A stretch of 64,000 bases of DNA from Terriglobia bacterium. Lineage in GTDB: Bacteria > Acidobacteriota > Terriglobia > Bryobacterales > Bryobacteraceae. The notes under the pieces were generated by a model. It was not told where the DNA came from and made no database searches. It saw only the letters and a list, made by a program, of their open reading frames with translations. Each line of letters begins with the position of its first letter. Position 1 is the first letter of the stretch. The position numbers and the translations under genes were made by a program. This document shows, one piece after another, positions 26,487 to 34,423 of the stretch. The DNA lies in contig CAVRCX010000007.1 in assembly GCA_963719785.1 (NCBI GenBank), positions 243,414-307,413 on the forward strand, given 5' to 3'.

Positions 26487-26987
26487 TCAACCAGCGTTAC
26501 TTTTGTCGCTAAGGGTTTCCACGTCAAGTTCAACTTCGTCCGTTTCTATCCCTTCATCCCAGCGAAGATCGTTGTCGTTCCACGGGACATAGTCGTTGAT
26601 CGCGTACAGTTTCCCGCGATTGTCCTCACGGATAGCCGCTACCCGTTTCAGAATCGCGTGGAGAACCGCGCCTGGATTCGTGTAGCCGCTCATATCGATG
26701 CCTATGCGCGAAAGCATGTCGCGGAATTCCGGTATCGTGACCCACCTGTTTGCCTTCGTCAAAACATCCCGACAAATCTGCGTAAGTCCGGCGTCAACGA
26801 GAACTTTACCTGGGTCTTGTTCGATCAGCGGAACGATTGCCTTAAGGAACTCATTGAGACTTCCCATCCGACTCTCGATCCATTCAAGCCTTTCCGTAAT
26901 CTTTCCTCTCTCGTTGCCCAGTTGGGCGAGTTCCGACTGCGCGGCCCTGTAGGATTCCTCGTGGGGATTCTTATAAGTTATGGCCAT
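26487..26987 (-). CDS. Hypothetical protein (166 aa) with an N-terminal coiled coil, in a low-GC region
   Basis: ATG start. It ends 10 bp before the tRNA-like element. GC is roughly 50-52%. No recognisable domain. Confidence 0.45.
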   Translation of the reverse strand: MAITYKNPHEESYRAAQSELAQLGNERGKITERLEWIESRMGSLNEFLKAIVPLIEQDPGKVLVDAGLTQICRDVLTKANRWVTIPEFRDMLSRIGIDMSGYTNPGAVLHAILKRVAAIREDNRGKLYAINDYVPWNDNDLRWDEGIETDEVELDVETLSDKSNAG

Positions 26988-27003
26988 GTAGGTACTTTAC
27001 AGT

Positions 27004-27213
27004 ATGTCTAAACCAAAGTCAAGAGTTCCAGATATTATTTTAGACAGATTGCAAAACAGCGATCTGACGTGGGATGCCGTCATCCGCGAGGCCGAGTTCG
27101 AAATCAACTCAGCACGGCAACGAATTTCAGACCTGAAATATTCAATCGAAGTATTTCGTAAGCGGAAACATGCTGGAGATCCATATCCGGCGGGGAAGGG
27201 GACTGGAGCCTAA
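27004..27213 (+). CDS. Hypothetical small protein (69 aa), divergent from the preceding gene
   Basis: MSKPKSRVPDIILDRLQNSDLTWDAVIREAEFEINSARQRISDLKYSIEVFRKRKHAGDPYP. Low GC. Weak call. Confidence 0.3.
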   Translation: MSKPKSRVPDIILDRLQNSDLTWDAVIREAEFEINSARQRISDLKYSIEVFRKRKHAGDPYPAGKGTGA

Positions 27214-27279
27214 TGTGTGGATTTTTGGGGCAAACCGATGACTTTATGGGCAACCGATCATTCTTAGGCAAAGCCCCCC

Positions 27280-27324
27280 TTGACAACCATCACAAATTGC
27301 AATACTGTAATCACAGATTGCAAT
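27280..27324 (+). promoter_or_regulatory. Sigma-70-like promoter (TTGACA, 17-bp spacer, TACTGT) with two copies of the perfect palindrome ATTGCAAT, 21 bp centre to centre. This looks like an autoregulatory operator for the downstream XRE regulator.
   Basis: ccTTGACAaccatcacaaATTGCAATACTGTaatcacagATTGCAATatg. Palindrome 1 overlaps the -10 hexamer and palindrome 2 abuts the ATG. Confidence 0.45.
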
Positions 27325-27801
27325 ATGCGTTTGGGTGAAAAGATTCGTTATCTGCGGGAGGTGGAGGGCGCGCTGCGTGGCCTTGATCGCGCCATGACCC
27401 AGCAAGAGGTCGTCCGGGCCATCAAGAAAGACCTGAAAAAGCCGCTCTCGCAGTCGTATCTTTCGCAGATTGAAAGCGGCGCGCGGCCGCATCTGACTAA
27501 CACCAGCCGCATGCTGCTGGCGAAATTCTTCAAAGTCCACCCAGGCTATCTGGTGGACGATCCGGAGGGTTATTCGACCGAGCTGCTTTCCGACGTGGGC
27601 GCGCTCGAAGACAAGCTGGATCTGTGGCTGGTCAGCGGCGCGGAGCGGTTTCGCAACGATCCGGAGGTCTGCGCGGCATTACTGGCCGTGGCCAAACATC
27701 CGGATTCGCGACGCTGCCTGGTAGTGCTGAATTTGATTCTCGAAAATCCGGGGCTGGCGGACCGGCTGTTCGAAGTCCTGCGGCCAAAGGAAATTCTATG
27801 A
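27325..27801 (+). CDS. XRE-family helix-turn-helix transcriptional regulator with a C-terminal domain of unknown function
   Basis: MRLGEKIRYLREVEGALRGLDRAMTQQEVVRAIKKDLKKPLSQSYLSQIESGARPHLT is a helix-turn-helix (HTH_3/XRE) domain. The true start is at aa 16 of the listed ORF. Its stop overlaps the NfeD-like gene start (ATGA). Confidence 0.75.
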   Translation: MRLGEKIRYLREVEGALRGLDRAMTQQEVVRAIKKDLKKPLSQSYLSQIESGARPHLTNTSRMLLAKFFKVHPGYLVDDPEGYSTELLSDVGALEDKLDLWLVSGAERFRNDPEVCAALLAVAKHPDSRRCLVVLNLILENPGLADRLFEVLRPKEIL

Positions 27802-28364
27802 CGTGGGAGACGTTTTTTCTCGGCTGTTTCGCGTTTGGTTTCGTGCTGAGCCTGATTGCATTTGTGGCGGGATCCGCTCATCTGCATTTGCACATGCACC
27901 ATGGGGCGCATATCGCCCACGGGCATGGCGCGGGGCACGGGGGCGGCGGAGTCTCGAAGTTCAACTTCGGAACCATCGCCGCGTTTCTCACATGGTTCGG
28001 CGGGGCCGGTTACGTTCTGAGCAGTTGGGGCCGGATTGGTCTGTTTCTGGTGCTGGTAATTGCGGCCATCACCGGAATCGCGGGCGCGGCGGTGATCTTT
28101 CTTTTCGCCGCCAAGGTGCTGGCTCCGGGCGACAAGGCGCTCGATCCGGAAGATTACCGGATGATCGGCGCGCTGGGCAAAGTTTCGAGCCCGGTGCGGG
28201 CCAACGGGACGGGCGAAATGATTTTTGTGCAACAAGGCCGGCGCGCGGGTGTGCCCATTCGCAGTGAAAATGGCCAGCCGATCGCGGCCGGTAAAGAAGT
28301 CGTGGTGACGCGCTACGAGCAGGGCATCGCCTATGTGCGCGAGTGGGATGAGATGACCGCCTGA
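27798..28364 (+). CDS. NfeD-like membrane protein (OB-fold C-terminus) with a His-rich loop
   Basis: Two or three transmembrane helices, a His-rich stretch HLHLHMHHGAHIAHGHGAGHGGGG, and a C-terminal beta-rich segment ...EMIFVQQGRRAGVPIRSENGQPIAAGKEVVVTRYEQGIAYVREWDE typical of NfeD short-form partners of SPFH proteins. AAGGAAA Shine-Dalgarno upstream. Confidence 0.75.
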   Translation: MTWETFFLGCFAFGFVLSLIAFVAGSAHLHLHMHHGAHIAHGHGAGHGGGGVSKFNFGTIAAFLTWFGGAGYVLSSWGRIGLFLVLVIAAITGIAGAAVIFLFAAKVLAPGDKALDPEDYRMIGALGKVSSPVRANGTGEMIFVQQGRRAGVPIRSENGQPIAAGKEVVVTRYEQGIAYVREWDEMTA

Positions 28365-28383
28365 GTGCGGCTAAAGAGGAGCT

Positions 28384-29808
28384 ATGAATCCGATTCAGAT
28401 TGTAATTGTCGTAGCGCTGATGGCGCTGGCGCTGATGTTCCTGATCGGCGTGTTTGCGCGGCTGTTTCGCAAGGCTGGCCCGCATCAGGCGCTGATCGTC
28501 TATGGTTTTCGCGGCACGCGAGTGATCAAGGGCCGCGGCACGGTGATATTTCCCATGATGGAAAATTGCCGCGAATTGTCGCTCGAACTGATGTCGTTCG
28601 ACGTCGCGCCCCAACAGGATCTCTACACCATGCAGGGTGTCGCGGTTACGGTGGAGGCGGTAGCGCAGATCAAGGTGAAGTCCGATCCGGAATCGATCCA
28701 GACGGCGGCGGAGCAGTTTCTGACTAAGTCGGATCAGAATCGCGAGGCGCTGATCCGCCTGGTGATGGAAGGACATTTGCGGGGCATTATCGGCCAGCTT
28801 ACGGTGGAACAGATTGTGAAAGAGCCGGAGATGGTGGGCGATCGGATGCGCAATACATGCGCGGGCGACATGACCAAGATGGGCCTTGAGGTGATCTCAT
28901 TCACCATCAAGGAAGTTCGCGATAAGAACGAATACATCGCCAACATGGGACGGCCCGATATCGCCAGGGTCAAACGCGATGCCGACGTGGCGACCGCCGA
29001 AGCGGAACGCGACACAGCCATCAAACGCGCGCATGCCTTGCGCGAAGCCGCTATCTCGAAGGCGCAGGCGGATCAGGAGCGTGTGCTGGCGGAAACGCTG
29101 TCGTTGGCCAAGCAATCGGAAGCGCAGCGCGATCTGGATGTCAAGAAAGCCGAATTCCTGGAATCGGTGAAGCGGCAGCAGGCGCAGGCCGATAAGTCGT
29201 ATGAGATCCAGACCAACGTCATGCAGCAGCAGGTGGTGGCCGAACAGGTCAAGATCATGCAGATCGAAAAGGAGCATGAAATCCTCGTGCAGGACGCGGA
29301 AATTCAGCGGCGCGAACGCGAGCTGATCGCAACGGTGTTGAAGGGCGCGGAGATCGAACGGCGTCGCATCGAGACACTGGCTTCGGCCGAAAAGCAGAGA
29401 CAGATCTCCGTTGCCGAGGGTCAGGCGGCGGCGACGCGCATGCAGGGCGAAGCGGAAGCGGAAATCACTTTCAAGAAGGGCGACGCCGAGGCGCGCGCCA
29501 TGAACGTGAAAGCGGAGGCTTATCAGGAATACAACCAGGCGGCGGTTATCGACAAGCTCATCAGCAGCATGCCGGAGATTGTGAGAGCGCTGGCGGCGCC
29601 GCTGCAAAACGTCGATAAGATCACCATCGTGTCGACTGGCGGGGATACGGCGGGGATGAATAAGTTAACCGGCGATCTGACTAAGATGGCGGCGCAGGTT
29701 CCGGCACTGTTCGAAACGCTGTCGGGAATGCAGATGTCGGAGTTATTCGCACGAGTCAAGGGCATTGGCGAAAAATCACCGAAGCCCGGGGAAGAAAGTA
29801 AGTCATAA
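28384..29808 (+). CDS. Flotillin-like SPFH / band-7 protein (FloT/YqiK-like)
   Basis: An N-terminal transmembrane helix, an SPFH domain, then a long Glu/Ala/Gln-rich coiled-coil flotillin region (...AEAERDTAIKRAHALREAAISKAQADQERVLAE...). AAGAGGAG Shine-Dalgarno upstream. Confidence 0.9.
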   Translation: MNPIQIVIVVALMALALMFLIGVFARLFRKAGPHQALIVYGFRGTRVIKGRGTVIFPMMENCRELSLELMSFDVAPQQDLYTMQGVAVTVEAVAQIKVKSDPESIQTAAEQFLTKSDQNREALIRLVMEGHLRGIIGQLTVEQIVKEPEMVGDRMRNTCAGDMTKMGLEVISFTIKEVRDKNEYIANMGRPDIARVKRDADVATAEAERDTAIKRAHALREAAISKAQADQERVLAETLSLAKQSEAQRDLDVKKAEFLESVKRQQAQADKSYEIQTNVMQQQVVAEQVKIMQIEKEHEILVQDAEIQRRERELIATVLKGAEIERRRIETLASAEKQRQISVAEGQAAATRMQGEAEAEITFKKGDAEARAMNVKAEAYQEYNQAAVIDKLISSMPEIVRALAAPLQNVDKITIVSTGGDTAGMNKLTGDLTKMAAQVPALFETLSGMQMSELFARVKGIGEKSPKPGEESKS

Positions 29809-29820
29809 GGGAGTACGAAC

Positions 29821-30483
29821 ATGGCACTACTGGAAAGAGTCGGCACGCTGCTGCGCGCCAATCTGAACGACATTATCGACCGGGCGGAAGAGCCCGAGAA
29901 GATGATTAAGCAAGTGATTCTGGATATGGAGAATCAGTTGATGCAGGTCAAGACGCAGGTGGCGATCAGTATTGCCGATCTTCACCTGCTGGAGCGGCGG
30001 TCGAGCGAAAATCTGCAGAAGCGCGATGAGTGGATGCGGAAGGCGGAACTGGCGGTAGCGAAGCAGCAGGACGATCTGGCGCGTATCGCCATTGAGCGAT
30101 CGCTCGAATCGAAGAAGCTGGCGGCGAGTTTCGATGAGCAGATCGCCGATCAGAAACAGCAGGCGGAAAATCTGAAGACGGCGCTTCATAAGCTCGATGG
30201 GAAGCTGGCAGAGGCGCGGGCCAAGAGCGAATTGCTTTTGGCGAAGCACCGGCGGGCGCGGGCGGCGGTGCGCGCGGCAGACGCGCATGAAGGCATCAAT
30301 GAGAATGCGGTTTCGTCGGCGTGGGATCGGATGAATCAGAAAGTGAACCGGGCCGATGCGGTGAGCCAGGCGCGCACGGAGTTGTTGGGGGATAACGTGG
30401 ACGATCAGTTTGCGGCGCTCGAGAAGCACGATGAGGTGGAGCGGCTTTTGGCTGGGCTGAAATCGAAAAAAGAGGTAGCGTAA
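29821..30483 (+). CDS. pspA: PspA/IM30 family protein (phage shock protein A-like)
   Basis: MALLERVGTLLRANLNDIIDRAEEPEKMIKQVILDMENQLMQVKTQVA is the canonical PspA N-terminus. It is coiled coil throughout. Confidence 0.9.
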   Translation: MALLERVGTLLRANLNDIIDRAEEPEKMIKQVILDMENQLMQVKTQVAISIADLHLLERRSSENLQKRDEWMRKAELAVAKQQDDLARIAIERSLESKKLAASFDEQIADQKQQAENLKTALHKLDGKLAEARAKSELLLAKHRRARAAVRAADAHEGINENAVSSAWDRMNQKVNRADAVSQARTELLGDNVDDQFAALEKHDEVERLLAGLKSKKEVA

Positions 30484-30536
30484 CGCGGCGGCTGTCCATC
30501 GTGTTTGCAGTGATCGCCATGTTGGCGTCGGCGCAG

Positions 30537-31412
30537 TTATTGCTTCACCACTAAACGGAGGAACGCGTCGGCGGCATAACTTACCGCGCGGCGTGAAGGC
30601 TGCACGAGGTAGATCTTGCGCTCCACCTCGACTTCGGGCACGCGTACTGCGACCAGGCGTTTTTCGGCGATCTCCTGCTCGACGCACATGCGCGGGAGGA
30701 AGGCGACGCCGGCGTCCTGCTCCACCATCCAGCGAATGGTCTCAACGGTGGGCATTTCGACATCCATGTTGAGAGGGATGCCGCGTTCCTGGAAGGCGCG
30801 GATGACAATTTCGCGGTAGGGCGAGAGGACGTTGTGGGCGATGAAAATCTCTTCGCCGAGTTCCGTGATCGGCACCTCGTGGCGCGCAGCGAGGCGATGC
30901 TGGGGCGACACGACGAAGGCCAGGGAATCGGAATAGATGACGTTCGAGAGGATCCGTTCGTCGCGCGGCTCGTAGCTGATGACGCCGAGTTCAAGATTTC
31001 CGTCGATCAGTTCGTCGGGAATGCGGCTGGAGAAACTGCGCTTGATCTGCACCTTGACGCGCGGATAGAGGCGGCGGTAATGCTCGATGTGGCGCAACAG
31101 ATATAAGGCCGTGGATTCATTGGCGCCGATGACGAGTCGTCCTGCCGAGTGGTCCCGCAGCTCCGCGATAGAGTTCTGCAATTCGGCTTCGAGATTCTGA
31201 AAACGGCGCGCGAATTCGAGCACGGTGCGGCCGGCATCGGTGAGCAGAACATCTTTGGCGGAACGATCGAGCAGGCGCTCACCCAGTTCGCTCTCGAGGC
31301 GCTGCAGGGCGAGAGAAACGGCCGGCTGCGTACGAGCGAGCTTTTCCGCGGCGCGGGAAAAACTGCGCTCGTTGGCAACCGTCATGAATACGCGGAGGGT
31401 GCTTAACTCCAT
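30537..31412 (-). CDS. LysR-family transcriptional regulator
   Basis: N-terminal helix-turn-helix LSTLRVFMTVANERSFSRAAEKLARTQPAVSLALQRLE plus a LysR substrate-binding domain. Confidence 0.9.
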   Translation of the reverse strand: MELSTLRVFMTVANERSFSRAAEKLARTQPAVSLALQRLESELGERLLDRSAKDVLLTDAGRTVLEFARRFQNLEAELQNSIAELRDHSAGRLVIGANESTALYLLRHIEHYRRLYPRVKVQIKRSFSSRIPDELIDGNLELGVISYEPRDERILSNVIYSDSLAFVVSPQHRLAARHEVPITELGEEIFIAHNVLSPYREIVIRAFQERGIPLNMDVEMPTVETIRWMVEQDAGVAFLPRMCVEQEIAEKRLVAVRVPEVEVERKIYLVQPSRRAVSYAADAFLRLVVKQ

Positions 31413-31441
31413 TCATTGATGATAGGCGCTCCAGGGTAATG

Positions 31442-32560
31442 TTACTTACCCCGGAGCGTCACCGTACGCGAGAGTAACTCGTCGAATCCGCCGACCACGG
31501 TGAACTTCTCCACCTTGTCGGCGATCTTCTCGAGGGTCTCGAGTTCCTTCATCCGAACCAACAGAGGGTTATCCTCCATCAGCTTCGCCGTGTTCAGAAG
31601 CGACCGCGTGGCGGCCGTCTCTTCGCGCCGGCGGATCAGGTTGGCCTGCGCCTGCTTTTCCGCCGTCACTACCTGGTTGAGGATGTCCCGGATATCGCCG
31701 GGCAGGATGATGTCCTTGAGAGCGATCGCGCCCACGCGAACACCATACAACTCCATCTCGCGGCGCACTTCAGCCGACACCAGTTCATCGATGTCGGCCT
31801 TCTCCGCGAGCACCTCTTCAAGGGTGCGCTTGCCGAGCGTCTGCCGCACCGCGATCTGCAGGGTGCGGTACAGGTGCTCGCTCACGTCCTTCACGGTGGA
31901 GCGCGCGGTCGAGACATTGACAATCTCGTACACGCCTACCACATTTACGCGAATGGTGACCTTATCTTTCGTCAGGATCTCCTGACCTGTCACCTCTACC
32001 GTTTGCCGGCGCATCTCGACGATCTCGATGCGAGGCGTCGCCAGCACGTTCCAGTAGCCGAACGTACCGGCGCCGATTTCCCCCGTCAGCCGCCCATCGA
32101 GATACACCAGGCCGCGCTTACCTTCATCCACCACGGCGAAGGTTACGCCGGACTCCCGGCCGAGGCGGGCCAGCGCGGGCAACATGCGCGCGGGCACCTC
32201 GGGAGTGTCGCCCACTTCAATCAGATCGAAGGCGATGGAAACGGCCCCGCGCCAGTAGAGCGCACGGGTGCTGGGCGCGACCACGCGGAGCAACTTACCA
32301 TCCGCGTAGACCGCGGCCACATGAGTGGGGGAGGTCTCGATGACGGTGAAGTAACGGGCCGCCAGTTCGGGCCGCTCCGTTACGATGAAATCCGCCCAGT
32401 CGCTCGAGAATACCAATGACTTGATGTTGTGCCGCTCCAGCTGGATGTCGCGCCCCAACACGAACAGCCAGTACTTGCCGGGCGCCATGATATCGGCAAA
32501 ACGCTTGTTTCGAATGAGCAATACACGCTCGTTGTCTCCAACTAATACACGCCGCAGCAT
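31442..32560 (-). CDS. SPFH / band-7 (stomatin/prohibitin-like) domain protein with an N-terminal extension
   Basis: A central SPFH domain (...VTIRVNVVGVYEIVN...) and a C-terminal coiled coil. It is the second SPFH-family protein within 4 kb. Confidence 0.8.
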   Translation of the reverse strand: MLRRVLVGDNERVLLIRNKRFADIMAPGKYWLFVLGRDIQLERHNIKSLVFSSDWADFIVTERPELAARYFTVIETSPTHVAAVYADGKLLRVVAPSTRALYWRGAVSIAFDLIEVGDTPEVPARMLPALARLGRESGVTFAVVDEGKRGLVYLDGRLTGEIGAGTFGYWNVLATPRIEIVEMRRQTVEVTGQEILTKDKVTIRVNVVGVYEIVNVSTARSTVKDVSEHLYRTLQIAVRQTLGKRTLEEVLAEKADIDELVSAEVRREMELYGVRVGAIALKDIILPGDIRDILNQVVTAEKQAQANLIRRREETAATRSLLNTAKLMEDNPLLVRMKELETLEKIADKVEKFTVVGGFDELLSRTVTLRGK

Positions 32561-32765
32561 ATGTTTGTACCTCCTTTGTTTCGTTTGAATGACTTGAATG
32601 AAATGAGTTACCCGGACTCCACTCCCCGACAGTACGGCGGGCTTTACCTGTGGACAGACTTAGACAACAAGGCTGCCCAGATGGGCAAAGCGCAGGGCCG
32701 CAAAGGCGCTGCTGCTTATCGAAAAGCTATAAGTGGCTGGAATGAGGCCCGGGTTTCCCGGGTTG

Positions 32766-32837
32766 GTTAGACAGCAGGATTCGAACCCGCGACTGTCAGC
32801 GTGTCAGGCTGATGCTCTACCACTGAGCTATATCCAC
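32766..32837 (-). tRNA. tRNA-Val(GAC)-like gene with a degenerate acceptor stem (G1-A72 mismatch and two G-U pairs). Possibly a pseudogene.
   Basis: The reverse complement reads GTGGATA-TA-GCTC-AGTGGTA-GAGC-A-TCAGC-CTGACAC-GCTGA-CAGTC-GCGGG-TTCGAAT-CCTGC-TGTCTAA-C, followed by CA. The D-arm, the anticodon arm (anticodon GAC) and the T-arm are canonical. It lies in the 440-bp gap between the SPFH gene and the GH28-like pseudogene. Confidence 0.45.
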
Positions 32838-33001
32838 TTATGTGGGGGATCTGAAAGACGCCGCAGGCCGCCGGCATACGGTTCCTCAGAGAGGCCGCAC
32901 CAGAGAGGCATTTCGAACCTCGAATATAGGCGATCATTGGTCATTTCCTCCAGCTTTACCAAGCTAACCCACCGGAGAGTGGTGGTGCAAGAAAAATTTT
33001 C

Positions 33002-33700
33002 TTAATGGTTACTTCGGCGCGGTAAGCGGGTTTTCGTTGATGGTGACGTTGGCGAAGGTCCAGTTTTCCGTATTCTGAATGGTGCCGAGAACCTTCCTTC
33101 GATGTCTATGTTACGGAAATCGAAATTGCGTAACGTTGCCTCGGGATAGGCACTTACTCCGAATGCCTGACGCGCCCCTTTAGCAGTTACATCCGAAATG
33201 CGTATGTTGCGAAAATGCGGGAGCCCTTGTTGAGGCGGAACCGGCGCGGCCAGTACTTTCCAGTAGTCCGGTACATCTTTCATGCCTTCGGGAATCTTCG
33301 CGTAGCTGAATGTGGGCGCATTTTCCAGTAGCGGTCCCACCAGTGCTTGCCGTCGACGTCGATGATTCCTTTGCCGGAGATTTTGACGTCCGTTTGTGCA
33401 TAGACGTTGGTCAGCGCAGCGGGCCATTTCATTTCGATCCTGGAGATCCGCGTCTGCATCACCGGGTAGGCCGATTGATCCTGTGCCCCGAGGATTTTAA
33501 AGCCTTCGTCGAGGCGGAGGCGGGTGTGGGACTTCAGGAACAGCGAACCGGTCAGATAGGTGCCACGTTTTGAAAACCACCGTGCCATCCTTAGCCCGAG
33601 CTGCCGCGTCGATGGCTTTCTGGATTGCCGCGATATCGATGGTCTTGCCGTCTCCTTTGGCTCCGTGGTCCGCGGCCTGGAGCTCGGCTGCCCTGTAGGC
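33002..33700 (-). pseudogene. Decayed glycoside hydrolase family 28 / pectate-lyase-fold gene (right-handed beta-helix), broken by at least three frameshifts, an internal deletion and an N-terminal truncation
   Basis: Fragments sit in three frames: ...HGAKGDGKTIDIAAIQKAIDAAARAKDGTVVF (33497+ frame), ...GTYLTGSLFLKSHTRLRLDEGFKILGAQDQSAYP...GKGIIDVDGKHWWD (33280..33588) and ...FRNIRISDVTAKGARQAFGV...FRNIDIEG (33002..33427). The total span of about 700 bp is far shorter than a 450-aa GH28. Confidence 0.45.
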
Positions 33701-33734
33701 CTGAAGCACCGGCCAAATCGGAAATCTGCCCCGC

Positions 33735-34421
33735 CTAGCTCGGAGGAAGTTTGTCGAGTTCCTGTTTGGCCCAGAGGCGATCGGGATCGAGCTGCAGGGA
33801 TTTCTTAAATGCTTCGCGCGCCTGCGGAACCTGGTGCTGCTTCGAGTACGCGATACCCATCCAGAGATAGGCCTCGGCCGATTTCGGATCCAGCCGGATG
33901 GCTTCCTGATAGTCCTTGATAGCGTTATCGGGACCGCCGCCGAAGCTGGCCGGCAGGTAATAGAAACCGACGCCATGCGCCACGCGGGCACTGGCCGATT
34001 TGGGGTCCATCTGGATGGCTTGTTCAAGGGCGTCTTTGGCACGCTTTCCATAGGCGAGCGCACCCATGATCGGATTAGCCGGGATAACCTGACCGCACAG
34101 CGTACCGAGCACGCGGAAGTAGTCGGCATTTTTCCCGTTGAGCGCGATGGCTTTGTCGGCGTCCTTGACACCCGCTTCGGCCGCCTTTTCTGAGGCGGCC
34201 TTGTCACGCAGCTCGTAAGTCACTTCCGCAATGTAGGAATACGCGATGGCGGCGCGATACCACTTGTCGGCGTCGTTCGGCGATTTCTCGGCATCGGCCT
34301 GGAGGCTGGCCGCCGCCTTCTCAAGCCCGGCGCGGTCCTGGCGATCGCGCAATTTCTCCAGTCCGATTTCGCCCCCTGCCAGCAAGCCCGACAATAACAA
34401 TCCCGTTAACAAAGTTCGCAT
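33735..34421 (-). CDS. Secreted TPR-repeat protein
   Basis: Signal peptide MRTLLTGLLLSGLLAGG. Tandem TPR-like helices (...AEAYLWMGIAYSKQHQVPQAREAFKKSLQLDPD...). Confidence 0.7.
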   Translation of the reverse strand: MRTLLTGLLLSGLLAGGEIGLEKLRDRQDRAGLEKAAASLQADAEKSPNDADKWYRAAIAYSYIAEVTYELRDKAASEKAAEAGVKDADKAIALNGKNADYFRVLGTLCGQVIPANPIMGALAYGKRAKDALEQAIQMDPKSASARVAHGVGFYYLPASFGGGPDNAIKDYQEAIRLDPKSAEAYLWMGIAYSKQHQVPQAREAFKKSLQLDPDRLWAKQELDKLPPS

Positions 34422-34423
34422 AA

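Noticed and set aside
25143-27011. A 622-aa plus-strand ORF
   Set aside because: It is antisense to the SWIM/DDE transposase and the low-GC hypothetical gene. It has no motifs and its composition is Arg- and Val-rich nonsense. Spurious.
28069-29607. Minus-strand ORFs of 235 and 236 aa inside the flotillin gene, plus ORF 27624..28364 upstream of the NfeD start
   Set aside because: The flotillin and NfeD calls on the plus strand are strong. The in-frame upstream extension of NfeD (MAGQRRGAVS...) overlaps the XRE gene in another frame and has no ribosome-binding site. ATG 27798, which carries an AAGGAAA Shine-Dalgarno, is preferred.
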